Below the pieces are notes generated by a model, which was not told the origin of the DNA, did not search any database, and was given only the letters and a program-made list of their open reading frames with translations. A program made the translations under genes and the position numbers. DNA of 63,996 bases, the filler included, from Intoshia linei (Eukaryota; Animalia; Orthonectida): NCBI GenBank assembly GCA_001642005.1. It is 12 parts of 12 records of this genome, joined end to end, with 100 filler letters (N's around TTAATTAATTAA, not from the genome) between each part and the next. Parts side by side here need not be neighbours in the genome. Positions count along the whole stretch, not along the records: positions 1 to 28,320 come from LWCA01000413.1; 11 more parts are not named here. The stretch is one strand, 5' to 3'. This document shows positions 1-12,500 of the stretch, in pieces. Position 1 is the first letter of the stretch; every line of letters starts with the position of its first letter.

Positions 1-411
1 TAAATATTGATCCTACAATTTCAAAAAAAATGTGCATTAAACGTCTACACATTTACCATAAAGAAATATGGTTGAAAATTTATATAATTCATTCCTTCGG
101 AATTTTTTACGCCAATTACAAATATAATTATTATTTTATAATCGTAATAGTATAAAGGTTAAAAAATTAGAATTATTATCGTAAATTACAAAAAGTAAAA
201 AGTTGAGAATAATTAGTACAGAAAGAAAGAATTATTTCTAAAAAATTTAATTTAATGTTAGATAATGATGTAATTATCATATTTCTGTAAGTCAATGTTT
301 TTCAAAATATAATACTAAACAAAGTTCGCGGGCCGCATGCGGCCCGCGCGTTTCGCTTCTGATTATCCTGATGTAAATGTATTTTACACTGGTATCACCC
401 ATTTATTTATT

Positions 412-2250
412 TTATTCATTTAGATTAAACCTGGGCTCATAACATGATATATCATTAATTTTGGAATCGTAAGATTCGTCAAGTTCCATTTTTGTATCAT
501 CCTATATATTTTATATATATAAATGTTTAATTTAATAACAGTTGGATGATATAACACAAGGGTCGCCAAAGTGGTCTATATTTATTGTTATCTATTATAT
601 GATAATTAACTATGGAGAATTTTAAAAATTTTTTTATATTTTAAAATTTACACATTATTTCTGTGCACTTTATATTTTGCAAATGGGCTCCAAGACAAAT
701 AAATTTTGGCGACCCCTGATCTAATATATTTACAAATTAGGTTTATACATTATTATCAATAATTTAAATCATTGTTAAGCGTGAACTGGTCATATAATTC
801 AAAAACATTACATTTTAAAATCAATTTAAAATATGCAAATAGACCAAAATTAAATTTAAAATTTTTTCCCCTTTATCGAGTACATGAGGTTACTTAAAAA
901 ACATTTTTTCTACTACTAAATTTAATTATATCCCTCAATTAATAAGTACTATATTTTTTATTTTTTATTTTGTATTCACGCTTTGATAAAAACTTAAAAA
1001 TATTGAATAAAAGGTTACTGTTGAATGTTCAATTCCTGAATCAGCCACTAAATCCAATAAATAAATTTTATCATGGCTCATTTCGTAATTTTTAGAAAAA
1101 TCATTTAATCCATTTGCTAAACTGTATATAAAAGTAAAAAAACAAATACTGTGATCCAATGTGTAAATATTTTTCCCGTCTGTATCGCAGTATGACTAAA
1201 AGTTTAGTAAATACTTTAGTAAATACAGTATTCTCTCTATAATTCGGCAGTTCAACAGTTCGTCAATCCTGTAGATTGCCATACATTTTTGGAAAAGTCT
1301 ATTTTGTCAACAGACCAGGGTATGAAACATTTTGTAATAAACATTACAACTCAATAAATATTGTTGTAATGTGATGATGTACTTTCCGATATTGACGAAC
1401 CAGAAAGAGATTACCGAATGTTTAAATGCTTAAAATTATAATATACGTGCATAATATTGTCCGGTCTAGATTGTTTATTGGGTGCATTCTTTTTGTAAGA
1501 GTATTCCAATAAATTTGGATAAGTTTGTTGTATGATGGGAGAGTTAGAAGTTGAAACAATTGGACTAGGAATTTGAGAAAAATTTTTTACATTTTGAAGA
1601 ACATAATCTTGATTATTACATATAAAAGTATCTAAACAATTGGTACTATTGTAATTATAGTTTACTGAATTTTTAAAATAATCGTCTTGAAAATTGAAAA
1701 TATTTGAATTAAAAGAATCCATTTCTAAATCAGTTACAAAGCCTAAATTTGTATCATTTAAATTTTGAGAATCTTGAAAATTTTCCATAAATGCAGTTTC
1801 ATAATAATTTTGAATTTTTTTATCACCCGATTCATTATTTAAAAAGTATTCATTTTTGTCATATTTATCATATTTAGGTAAATTGAATGTCGAAATTGTG
1901 GCTGGATTACTTTTTTTTGTACTATTAAGAGTTGTAGATTCTATTTTTCCGTTTGGTTGTATAACGTGAATAACTGGATCATTTACATATTCATTTCTTA
2001 GTTTTATTTTTTCAATTATTGGCTTATTTGAAATAACTGTCGTTTTATGAAGGTTTTGATCCCTTTTCAATAAAACATCCTTTTGATACTTTTCAATTTC
2101 TCTTTTATTTGATTTTGGAATGTACATTTCAATATTTTGTTCTGTAAATTTTACACCATTTTTATCATTTTCATCATAATTTTCACAACTATTTTTATTT
2201 TCAGCATTATATTAAATCTTTTACCTAGGTGTATTTTTTTCTTTATCCAT
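412..2250 (-). CDS. Hypothetical Asn-rich protein (~330 aa), 4 exons: 2250-2225, 2188-1415, 1121-1019, 501-412
   Basis: ATG at 2250, 36-nt GT-AG intron into the 238-aa ORF, then phase-compatible donors/acceptors joining ...HLNIR|LANGLNDFS...IEHST|DDTKMELD...; no recognisable domain; last exon least certain. Confidence 0.6.
557..718. mobile_element. hAT-type MITE
   Basis: TIRs CAAGGGTCGCCAAA / TTTGGCGACCCCTG; degenerate 8-bp TSD atataaca/atctaata. Confidence 0.65.
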
Positions 2251-2639
2251 TTTAATTAATTTTTCAATTATTTTGGTTACTATGAAATGATTTTACTAAT
2301 TATTAAATTAAAATAATAAAATTGTTAATTATTTTTTAATATTTTAGCTATTTCTTTATACAAATTCAATCATGCATGGTTTTATTGAATGCATCATATT
2401 TTTCTTTTTATGTTTAAAAATTGACAATATAAAATACATAGTTGTTTTAAACTGGATTCTTTTGCATCTCTAGAAATCTATTTCATTATTTATTAATTAA
2501 CATGTAAATAACACTGAGGTACTCTCAAAAATCTATCTGTTTAAAAATTTAACTATTTTACTAAATTTTGAATCAATATGTTCAATGCATATTTTTTTTA
2601 AATTATAGGATAAATATTTTTTTATTTTTACATAATTTT

Positions 2640-3126
2640 TTTTAAAAAATTAATCTGTGGTTTTAATCGTGAAAAGGCACTTTTTTGGATTAGCGATTTA
2701 TGATAATGTTTATGATTTTAAAACACATCCCACAATTTATGTTGTATAAAATTTTAGGCCTTTTTCATTTAATTTGTTTGACTTTAAGGTAATTTGTGAT
2801 TTTGGGTATGAAGATGTTATATTTTTAAATTAATATTTATCATAATTTTGATGATTTTAAAATCTTTATCAGATTGTGCATTTTTTATAATTGTAGGACT
2901 AAAAATTTAAATTTAAAAAAAAGGATAATTAGGCTTTTTTACCTTTAAGGACTCAACTTCTGAAAATACAATTTGTGATAAAACATTGCTCTCGAAAACT
3001 GTTATAGAAATATGGAATTTTTAAAACTCGACTCAACTTACTTTCTTAAATAAATTGGAACATACAGACAAATAAATAAACAGACATACATTTTTAACTA
3101 ACAAATTACTTTATACAAGTAATGAT
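2640..3126 (-). mobile_element. Helitron-like repeat family copy (5' part, reverse)
   Basis: Matches 8650-8885, 15440-15760, 60180-60360; ends TTACTTTATACAAGTAATGA, reverse complement of the family 5' end. Confidence 0.6.
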
Positions 3127-3629
3127 TGTTTCGTATGTGCAATGAATCTTCAAAATTTTGCCTTACTTGTAGAATTTTTATATTTAAAAAGAAAAATAAA
3201 CTACTCAACCAATTCGTCACTATTTAAAAATAAGCTAATATACTAATAAGTACAAATAAGCTCTATGTACGGCGTGTTTTTAAATTAATCGTGTATGTAG
3301 TACCGAACCGACCGTGCCAGAAACCACTCTTCGGGCCTCGATGAAATTTTTATAAAATGGGCATAATTTTTCCAAATTGAGTATTAAAAAAATTAAATTT
3401 TTTGATATCATAACTGTTTACTAAACAGTGTTTAGTGTATTAGTCAAGTCAAGCGGCTTATAGAGGTGGTCACGGCTATATGATACTATGCATAGTTTGT
3501 GAAATTTTTTTAAGACCTATTTTTGATTTGGTCAATGAAATTATTTTAATATTAAATTAAATTAAATTTTAAAATATTTTTAACATTTTATGGGATCATT
3601 AATACCTTTAAAACTTTCATGAAAAAAAA

Positions 3630-4125
3630 CTTGTATTAAAAACCCTACAAAATTATGTTGGAAAAATCATCTTTAAAATCTTTAAAAAATGGTAGATAAA
3701 TAATCCCTTAAAAACCCTACAAAATTTTGGTCCCAAAATTATCTTCAAAATTTTTAAAAATGGGTAAAAAAAATTCTAAAAAATTATGTTAGAAAAATCA
3801 TCTTTAAAATCTTTAAAAAATAGTAGATAAATAATCCCTTAAAAACCTTATATATTTTGGTCCCAAAAATATCTTCAAAATATTTTAAAAATGAATAAAA
3901 AAAATTCCCTTAAAAATCTTACAAAATTTTATCCTAAATCATCTTTAAAATCTTTACAAAATGGTAGAAAAAAATAATCCCTTAAAAGCCCTTCAAAATA
4001 TTTTAAAAATGGATAAAAAAAACTTCCCTTAAAAACCCTACATATTTTGTTTTCTAAATTATTTTTAAAAATTGGGTAAAAAAAATAATTCCTTAAAAGC
4101 CCTTTAATTTTAAAATCTTTACAAA
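3630..4125. repeat. Degenerate tandem repeat, ~60-bp unit, ~8 copies
   Basis: Recurrent AAAACCCTACAAAATT...ATCTTTAAAAT...AAAAATGGTA...CCCTT unit. Confidence 0.8.
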
Positions 4126-4686
4126 ATAATATTCGTAATAAATAATATTAATTAATTGAGGTAATTAAATAATTAATGACAATTTTTTTTATACATATGT
4201 AGACGTGTATGTCTATCTGTCAATTTTACCATTTGTAATATACAATATTAATTGTAAATAAACATCACGATGGAGTGTACCTTTTTAAAAAAAATACTTT
4301 GACCTTAATTAAATCTAAAGTCGATCTTAAAATTAATGATTTTTTTTTAAAAATAGATGTATACTTGTTCACTTACATTTAACAGAAGTTTCGGTCAGTT
4401 GGTCAAAATTTTGTTGGACAGTGTAATAAAAATAGTAAATGAATATGAATAAAGAAACCCACTAAACTTTTGTGAAAAAATAATGATATGATAAATTACT
4501 ATAGTCGATGATTATATCGCTTTAAGATGTATAGCTCCAACAATACATCGCTGAAACAAAATCGCTCCAGAGAATGGACGTCGATTTTTCAAATTATACT
4601 ACAAAAATGCAAAATAAAAAAGTAATTTTAATTAAATTTCTGTATCCAGTCTGTAAATATCTTTTTACTAATTTCTAAAGAATGGT

Positions 4687-5298
4687 TTAATATTTGATAT
4701 CATTGAGGTTATCCAAACTGTCTTTAAAATTTAAATTCAATTTTTGTAAATTCGAACATTTAATCTCTTTATATGGTTCAAAATCACTAAAAAATTTCAA
4801 ATTTGAAAAATTTTGAAAATTCGATATTGTTTCAATTGACTGATCCGATACATATGATTCGAAATCACTTTCATACTTTTCAGAAGCCAAATCTAAAGTA
4901 AAATGATGAAATTTCGATCAGATACGGTATTTACAAAATTTATTACCGATTTGTGTCAAAACACGAAAAGAACTATAACCTGATGAATCGCAATGGTTGA
5001 AAGTGTTTATTGATTGAGCATCCCATGTAGATCGTTTATGTTTAGTGTAGGTTTCTGTTGAATAGTGTTTTTTGGTGATTTTACAAGGTTGAGGTGTTTT
5101 TTTATTTTTTATTGAATTTGCTCCATTAACATAAACAGAAAAGGTAGAAATTTCGGTTTTTTCGTTTTTTTGTCTGTTTGTTTATTTAATTTTATTAGTT
5201 TTAAAAAAAATTATATACCTGGCTTTACGACTCTGTTGACTTAATTTATTGATGTACAGTTTAAGTCGATTTTGAAAAAATTGTTCATTTTTTTTCAT
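4687..5298 (-). CDS. 159-aa protein resembling the N-terminus of KATNIP (KIAA0556); exons 5298-5219, 5173-4980, 4892-4687
   Basis: Spliced frame is 480 nt and open; contains FSVYVNGANS, KRSTWDAQSI and KYESDFE, colinear with recalled KATNIP N-terminal motifs (GFSVYVNGANS, RRGW..KSV, DYSDDFE). Confidence 0.6.
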
Positions 5299-5427
5299 TG
5301 TTTATAATTTTAACTTAAAATTTAGTGTGAAGGTTACTGTTACTGGTTTACAAATATCATCGTTGTTTATAGATAACTATAGGAAGATTTATACTCTTTA
5401 GAATATGCAAAGAATTATAAATGTTTA

Positions 5428-6511
5428 TTACATTTTTGAAATAATATCTACTAGTTCATTGTGAAGTTGATGATCCATTGTTGCTACTAAACCTTTATCG
5501 ATTCTGTCCCCCGAATCTGATGTGTATTTATAAATGTTGCCTTTTTTGTCACTCAGTAAACCTCCACAGCTCAATATAATAGCTTCTGGAGCACAAGTAT
5601 CCCATTTTTTCAAATATACATCTACCGTTATATACGCGTGTACGTTTTTTTCAATTACATTTAAAGTCTAGATACATTAAAGATAGGTATTAATTAAATT
5701 ACCTTGAACCCTGCTCCACCCATAGGCATAATCTCTGAAGCTAAACAAGCCGATATGGCTTTATCGTTATCGGAGCTATTTCCATACTTTGCTGTAGTTA
5801 TGATGCGGCCAGGTTTAAGATCATTAATATTCAAGCCGAATGCACCTATTCTAATATTAATAAGCATCAAATGTATAACACCCAATTTGACAACTCCCCA
5901 AATGATATGTCCACATTTTCCTGAAAAGGGTTTCCCTATTATTCCTGCAATCGGTACGCCAAATCGAGATATTCCGATTAAGACTGTAACGTGTTCGCTT
6001 TTACCTAAAATCTATTATATACATTATATGAATTGAAATTACCTTTTGTAAATTCATAGGTTCCGTCCAATGGGTCTACCCAAATTACAAACTGAAATGT
6101 TAAAATATATTAATTTAATTTATGAAACTTCTTTTTCCTTTGTTTCATTATACTCGGCCGGTAACATCGCACATTTTTTTATAACCTCTTCAGATAGAGA
6201 AGTTATCGGATCTACGTCGATTAACTGTACGTTATGACCTTTTGTGTTGTCCTATAATTGTAACATTTTACATTGTACATTAATTTAAATGTATTTACTT
6301 CCTCCGCAATGATTTTTACATTAGGAAAATTGTGCTTGAGAGATGAAACAATCAACACTTGAGCTTTCAAATCAGCAGCAGTAACGAAATCATGGGGGTT
6401 TTTTTCAAAGATTGATAAATCTCCACTAGAATGAATCGATTTTATAATCTTACCTGCTTCAATTGCCACATCATAGCAATTTGCAACTAGTCTCGTTAAT
6501 AGTGGTAGCAT
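5428..6511 (-). CDS. BPNT1: BPNT1-family (inositol monophosphatase superfamily) phosphatase, divergent paralog B; exons 6511-6299, 6251-6129, 6091-6043, 6004-5882, 5845-5703, 5667-5428
   Basis: Motifs T-x-[30 protein letters not shown]; five GT-AG introns of 47, 37, 38, 36 and 35 nt. Confidence 0.9.
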
Positions 6512-6593
6512 TTTAAGTAATACAATCTTATTTATAGCAAATATAAAAATACAAAAATAAAATAGTTTATTTATGTCAACTAATACTCAATAT

Positions 6594-9500
6594 TCATTTA
6601 GTTTTCATTTCGTTAATCACATTTTCTGGAATGCATTTCTTGATTTGATCATGAATGGCTGTAGACGTTGTAGCTAAAATCCCAGTGTTGTTGGGATGCT
6701 CTACATTGGCTTCATAACTGTAACAATTTCCACATATATCTGTCAGTACACCACCGTTAGCTATAATCACAGCTTCAGGGCTACAAGTATCCCATTTTTT
6801 TGTTCCACCACTAGCGTACACATAAGCATCTGCATTTCCTTCGATTACATTCAATATCTTTTCAAAAATTTAAATTAATTATCAATACCGTGGTGGCAAA
6901 AAAATCCTTACTTATATAATATGCTACGCAATATTTGTTTGTGTGTGTGTTACCGTTTATTTCAATAGCTACCAGTCTTAGAATTTTATAAAGTCCACAT
7001 TTCAATTACAGATTTTTCAGGGTGTTAGCAAAATAAATTTCAACCTCTCAAACTCACATCTTACGGGTCAAAAACCCCAATTGTCTTTTTTCTGAAAATC
7101 AAACGAGTTAAAGAATTTAATAAAATATATACGCTGATTCCCATTTTAAAATTATAAACATAATCATAAATTTAAATTTAAAAAAAAATATATCTTCAGG
7201 GCCAAAACCATAAATAACCTGCTTTTTTTTTAATGAAAACAGCCCTAGAATTTAAAAAAATTTCAATCCGAATAAGTGAGGACTTCACAGTCAAAAAAGC
7301 ATTTTAGTATTCATTTTTTTTTTTTCAAAATATTTTATTAAAACAAAAAATTTGAAATAATTAACAGTCCGAAAATTAAAAAACAAGATTATTCTGATAG
7401 AGCTTATTCCAGTTGATATAAATACAAAATTTAAACCCCAGAAATCTACGCATTCCCGTTGAAAAATAATTTTTAATATCTTATCAACCAATAGTTTTCA
7501 AATATTTCGATTAAAATAAAAATTGAAAATGTAAATATTGATCCTACAATTTTAAAAATAACTGTGCATTGAATGTCTACACATTTCCAATAAAGTATAA
7601 TGAAAATCTATATAATTCCTTCGCAATTTTTAAATTTCAAATTCTCATTTTCAAAATATTTTGAATACAAATTTAAATAAAAACTACAACGACGATTACT
7701 AAAAGTAATACAACTTTATTATATGAAATATGTTTATAAAGTGCTGATTCCGTTAATACATAATTGGTATTTTTAATTTCAATTGGTACTGCATATATTA
7801 TCACATTAAAAATGAAAAAATAGGTTTTTATAATTTTATTTTTTCTGGAATTTATGCTATTTGTGACAATTTTTAGAATATGACTGTTTTTACTTTATTT
7901 TTAATATTATACACACATTCTGTCTAATAAATTAAAAAAATCGGACAACAATTGTTTTTAAATTTCTCTACGCAAATGTTAAACAAAATTAAGATGAAAT
8001 ATTCACTTTTAAATAAAAATTAATGTGATATGACCGTTCCACCTGAAACAAGTTTGGGAACCACTCCTTTAAGGATTGATACTAGTGAATAATAGCATTT
8101 TTAGGTTAGATTTTCAATGTAAATTTATTTTTTTTGTAGAATAAAATGTGCCCTCGGCAGAGCTAGGTACTGTTTGTACGTAGTACATAACAGTCAAACT
8201 AGTATAATATATAATTGAAAAATAATTGCTGGAAAATTTAGAAAAATATTTTTTAGTTAAAATAAATTATGAACATATAATAATGTGGACTTGTTTTCTG
8301 ATAAAAAATACATGCATCGGAAAAGTTTACTAATTTTACAATTCAATAATTGTACAATATACAATGTAATCTTAGAGTGTTACGTATATTTAATTTACTT
8401 ATCAAAATATACCAATTTTTTACCCCCACCTATTGTTATTTACCTTATTTCCGGCTCCGCCTAATTTCAAAACAGTCGTTGGGTTAATTGCTTCAATTGC
8501 CTCTTGGGTGGGTTTGTTTGGGTGTGATCTTGTTGTAGTTATAATTAAACCTTCGTGGGTAGTTTGGTTTTTAAACAATCCAAATGAGCCTATTTAAAAA
8601 AATTACTAACACGTAAGTTATTATTTTAAGATCATTAAATCAAGATACATTTTTTATTAGAATGTGTATTTTTTATAATTCTAGGACGGGTTTGAATTTA
8701 ATAACAAAAGATAATTGGAGTTTTTAACCTCAAAAAGCTCAATTTCTGAAATTGAAATTTGCGATAAAACATCATTCTGGAAAAACTGTTATAAGAATAT
8801 GGAATTTGTAAAACTCGACTCCCCTTACTTTCTTAAAGAAACTAAAACAATTTAATAAATACATGTTTGACTATTTTACTTTATACAGTGGAATCCGCTT
8901 ATAAGAGACACCGGCTATAAAAGACGTCCGGATATAAGGGACAAAAATCCGCTTATAGTGGACAGAGCATTTTAAAATGAATATTCAAGATTTTTTTAAA
9001 ATAAATTATTACATTTTTGTAGTAAATGATTTTTGAAATCTTAACATTTTGACCAATTGTTTTAATAATAAAGTTTAACCTCCAAAATGGGGTTAAAAAT
9101 AAAATCACTAAAATTAGAAGAAAAATTTGATTATTTTAGTTTTATAGCTGTAATAAAAAATAATTAAGTATATGTTGCATAGAATGTGTAAAACTGTAAT
9201 CACAAAAAAAATTTAAAAACCCCTCTTGAAAGTTTGGTTCAAAAAAAATTTAAAAACCCCCCCTTGAAAGTTTGGTTCGAAAAAAAATTTCTTAAAAACC
9301 CCCCTTAAAATTTTGGTTTAAAAAAAATTACTAAAACCCAAAATTAAATTAAAATATAAATAAAAGTTTTACACATTTTATAACTAACCCATAGAATGTG
9401 CACATTCTACGACTTGCCCATAAAATGTGTACATTTCACAGTTTTACGCATTCTATACGACATATATTACTTAATATTTTAATTATTTATAATTTTTCGG

Positions 9501-12500
9501 ATATAAGAGACGTCCGGTTATAAGGGACAAATTTCTTGGTCCCAATGCGTCTCTTATAAGCGGATTCTACTGTATAAAGTAAGGATTTGAGTAAAAACTT
9601 TAAAAAACCAATTTGGTGATATATTTTTTTAACAGTACAATCCTAAAATTGTCATAAATCGTTTAAATGACAGAAAAAATAAAATATTAAAAAAATTTTT
9701 TCGCCACGGACTCTAATTTGCAATGAAAAAATAATAATTTGTAATAAAATTAAATCGAAACTATAAAAGAAAATGTTATAATGTACCCTGTATCCATATT
9801 GACCTCGGCAGAACCCCAGAATCAAATTTAAAAAATTTATATTAATAATATAAATAATAAATAATATTAATAATAAATATAATAACCTATTCCAACAATT
9901 CCCCAAACAACACGACCCAATTTTTCTAAAGCATCAGATTTGAAATATGGTTGACAAATAATCCCAGCAATTGGTTTACCAAAACGAGCAATACCAATTA
10001 AAATTGTAACATGTTCGACAATACCTAATATAAACGTACATACACAAATAGCTAAAATACCTTTGGTATATTCATTAGTACCATCAAGTGGATCAACCCA
10101 AATTACAATCTAAAAAAATGAAAAATCCGCGAAAAATGCATAATTATAAAATATGTACTTCATTTTCTTTAATGTTTTTGTATTCTTCAGGTAAAGTTTT
10201 ACATTTCGATACTACTTCATCAGATAAAGATTCAACCAATTCCATCTCTTTAAAAAAAGCAGAATCAATATTTTCAGTATCCTAAATAAATAAATCATCT
10301 CAATTCAACAAATCAAATCAAATAATCTTTTAAATTGAAGACACTTTCAAGTATAATCCAATAATGTTCCCACACTTTTTTCTCGGCGGACCGGTAATAA
10401 ATTATAAAATTTAGCGCGAACAAGTAATGCAAAATTAGTAGGCAACATTAAAAAAAATTGATAAAAAACGTAATAAATAGACTTTTAATTAGTAAAAAAT
10501 TATTTCACGGATCAGTACCGGCCGCGAACCGGTATTTGGGAAACGCTGAATTATACAATTGTAAAATCCTTCCTTACTTATATAAATCTCTTTGTTTGTC
10601 TGTGTGTTATCGTTTATTTCAACAACTAAGAGTCTTAGAATTTTATAAAGTCCACACTTCTATTACCGTTTTTTCCGGAGTGAAAGTAAGATAAATTTTA
10701 ACCCCCAAAACTGACATCTTACCGATCAAAAACCCCAATAATCCAATTTTGAAAATCAAACGAGTTCGAAAATTTAAAAAAAATATCCCTTTAATACCGA
10801 TTTTATAATCATAAATACAGTAGAAGCTCTATATACTAAAATGATATTTTATTTCAATAAATAGAACATTTCAAGTATTGTGATTATTTACATTTAATTA
10901 ATAATAATTTATTATAAAAAAGTTTCAACTGCTGCCATAGATATGTAATAAATAATGTAATTTCTAATTCCCATGTCCATAGGTTGTAACACTGATGTAG
11001 TATTTTTAGGAAGAAAAGCCAATTTAATAAAAAGTAGATCATTTATCATAACATGAGCTGTGCAGTTATCAACAAATAAGAGTATTTGCGTTTTTCAATT
11101 GCAAGTTGCTTGTTAAAATTTATAATTGAAAAAATTTCAAACAAATTCAAATAATGTTAACAAATTTCATACAAAAATCAGCACGCGTTATTTTAATAAT
11201 AAGAACATTTCAATGAAAAGTATTTCAATAAAAAGTATTTTAGTATATAAAGCTTCTACTGTATTATCATTCATTTAAATAAAAAAATATATTTTGAGGG
11301 CCAAAACCACAAATTACCTTTTTTTTAAATGAAAACAGCCCTAGAATTTAAAAAAATAGGTGGTACAGTTCTATCCTGTTAACACACACAAAAAATTTAA
11401 ATCTGAATAAGTGACGCCTTCATGATCAAAAAAGCACTTTAGTATTCATTTTTTTTTATTTCGAAACTATTTTATTAAAACAAAAAATGAGAAATAATTA
11501 ACAGTCCGAAAATTAAAAAACAAGATTATTCTGATAGAGCTTATTCCAGTTGATATAAATACAAAATTTAAACCCCAGAAATCTACGCATTCCCGTTGAA
11601 AAATAATTTTTAATATCTTATCAACCAATAGTTTTCAAATATTTCGATTAAAATAAAAATTGAAAATGTAAATATTGATCCTACAATTTTAAAAATAAAG
11701 TGCAATTAAACGTCTACACATTTACAATAAAGAAATATGGGTAAAAATCTATATAATTTATTCCTTCGAATTTTTTTCATTGCTACGCAATTTTTCATTC
11801 TCAAATACTCATTTTTAAAAAAATTTAACGAAATATATTTATAATAAATAAAAAAATAATAATTAAATAAATTTTATTTACTGTTAAGTTAACAGTTAAC
11901 TTATTTTTTTATTTTAGTTAACAGTGTTAACTGCAACTAAAACTACACCTTTGTTATTATCATTTTTTATTTATTACAATGCTTTGTAATGTTGAATTGA
12001 TATATTGATAAATTCCGCTCTCAGCAATGCTAGTGTTTATATAAAATTTTTAATCAATGTCAAGGGATCTCACTAAACAGTGTATCGCAGTAAAAAATTT
12101 CTAAATAGTTAATCACAGTAAATCTTAGTGAATCCAAGTACATTTCAGTGAATCAGTAAAAAAATTAAATTAAACTGTCATTCACTGAAATTCACTATTT
12201 AGAAATTTTTTTACTGTGATTCACTGAAATGTACTTGGATTCACTATTTAGAAATTATTTTACTGCGATTCACTGTTTAGTGTGACCGAATGTCAAGTAT
12301 AAATTCAAAAAAGTAAATGAATGTAGATTTCATTAGTACTAAATATTGGTGTCTCAATCGGTTGCGCCGCCAAATTTTATATGTGTCTATAAAAAAATTA
12401 TCTGTCAATGAATCTTACCTACACTATTATATTTTATATGGACCATGGTGGTCCATGTATTAAAAATTAAAGGGTCCCATCTGAAAACGATAGACAATGC

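Noticed and set aside
3630-4125. Tandem units as a CRISPR-like array
   Set aside because: Whole units are degenerate copies with no unique spacers, eukaryotic context, no cas genes
5704-6036. Plus-strand 110-aa ORF and similar antisense ORFs (10088, 16808, 26190, 31770, 43319, 50134, 55151, 59008)
   Set aside because: Shadow ORFs opposite recognisable genes or transposases
12071-12282. CACTA (EnSpm) element based on CACTA...TAGTG
   Set aside because: Inverted match extends 6 bp further out and is bounded by a perfect 9-bp TSD, which fits Mutator rather than CACTA
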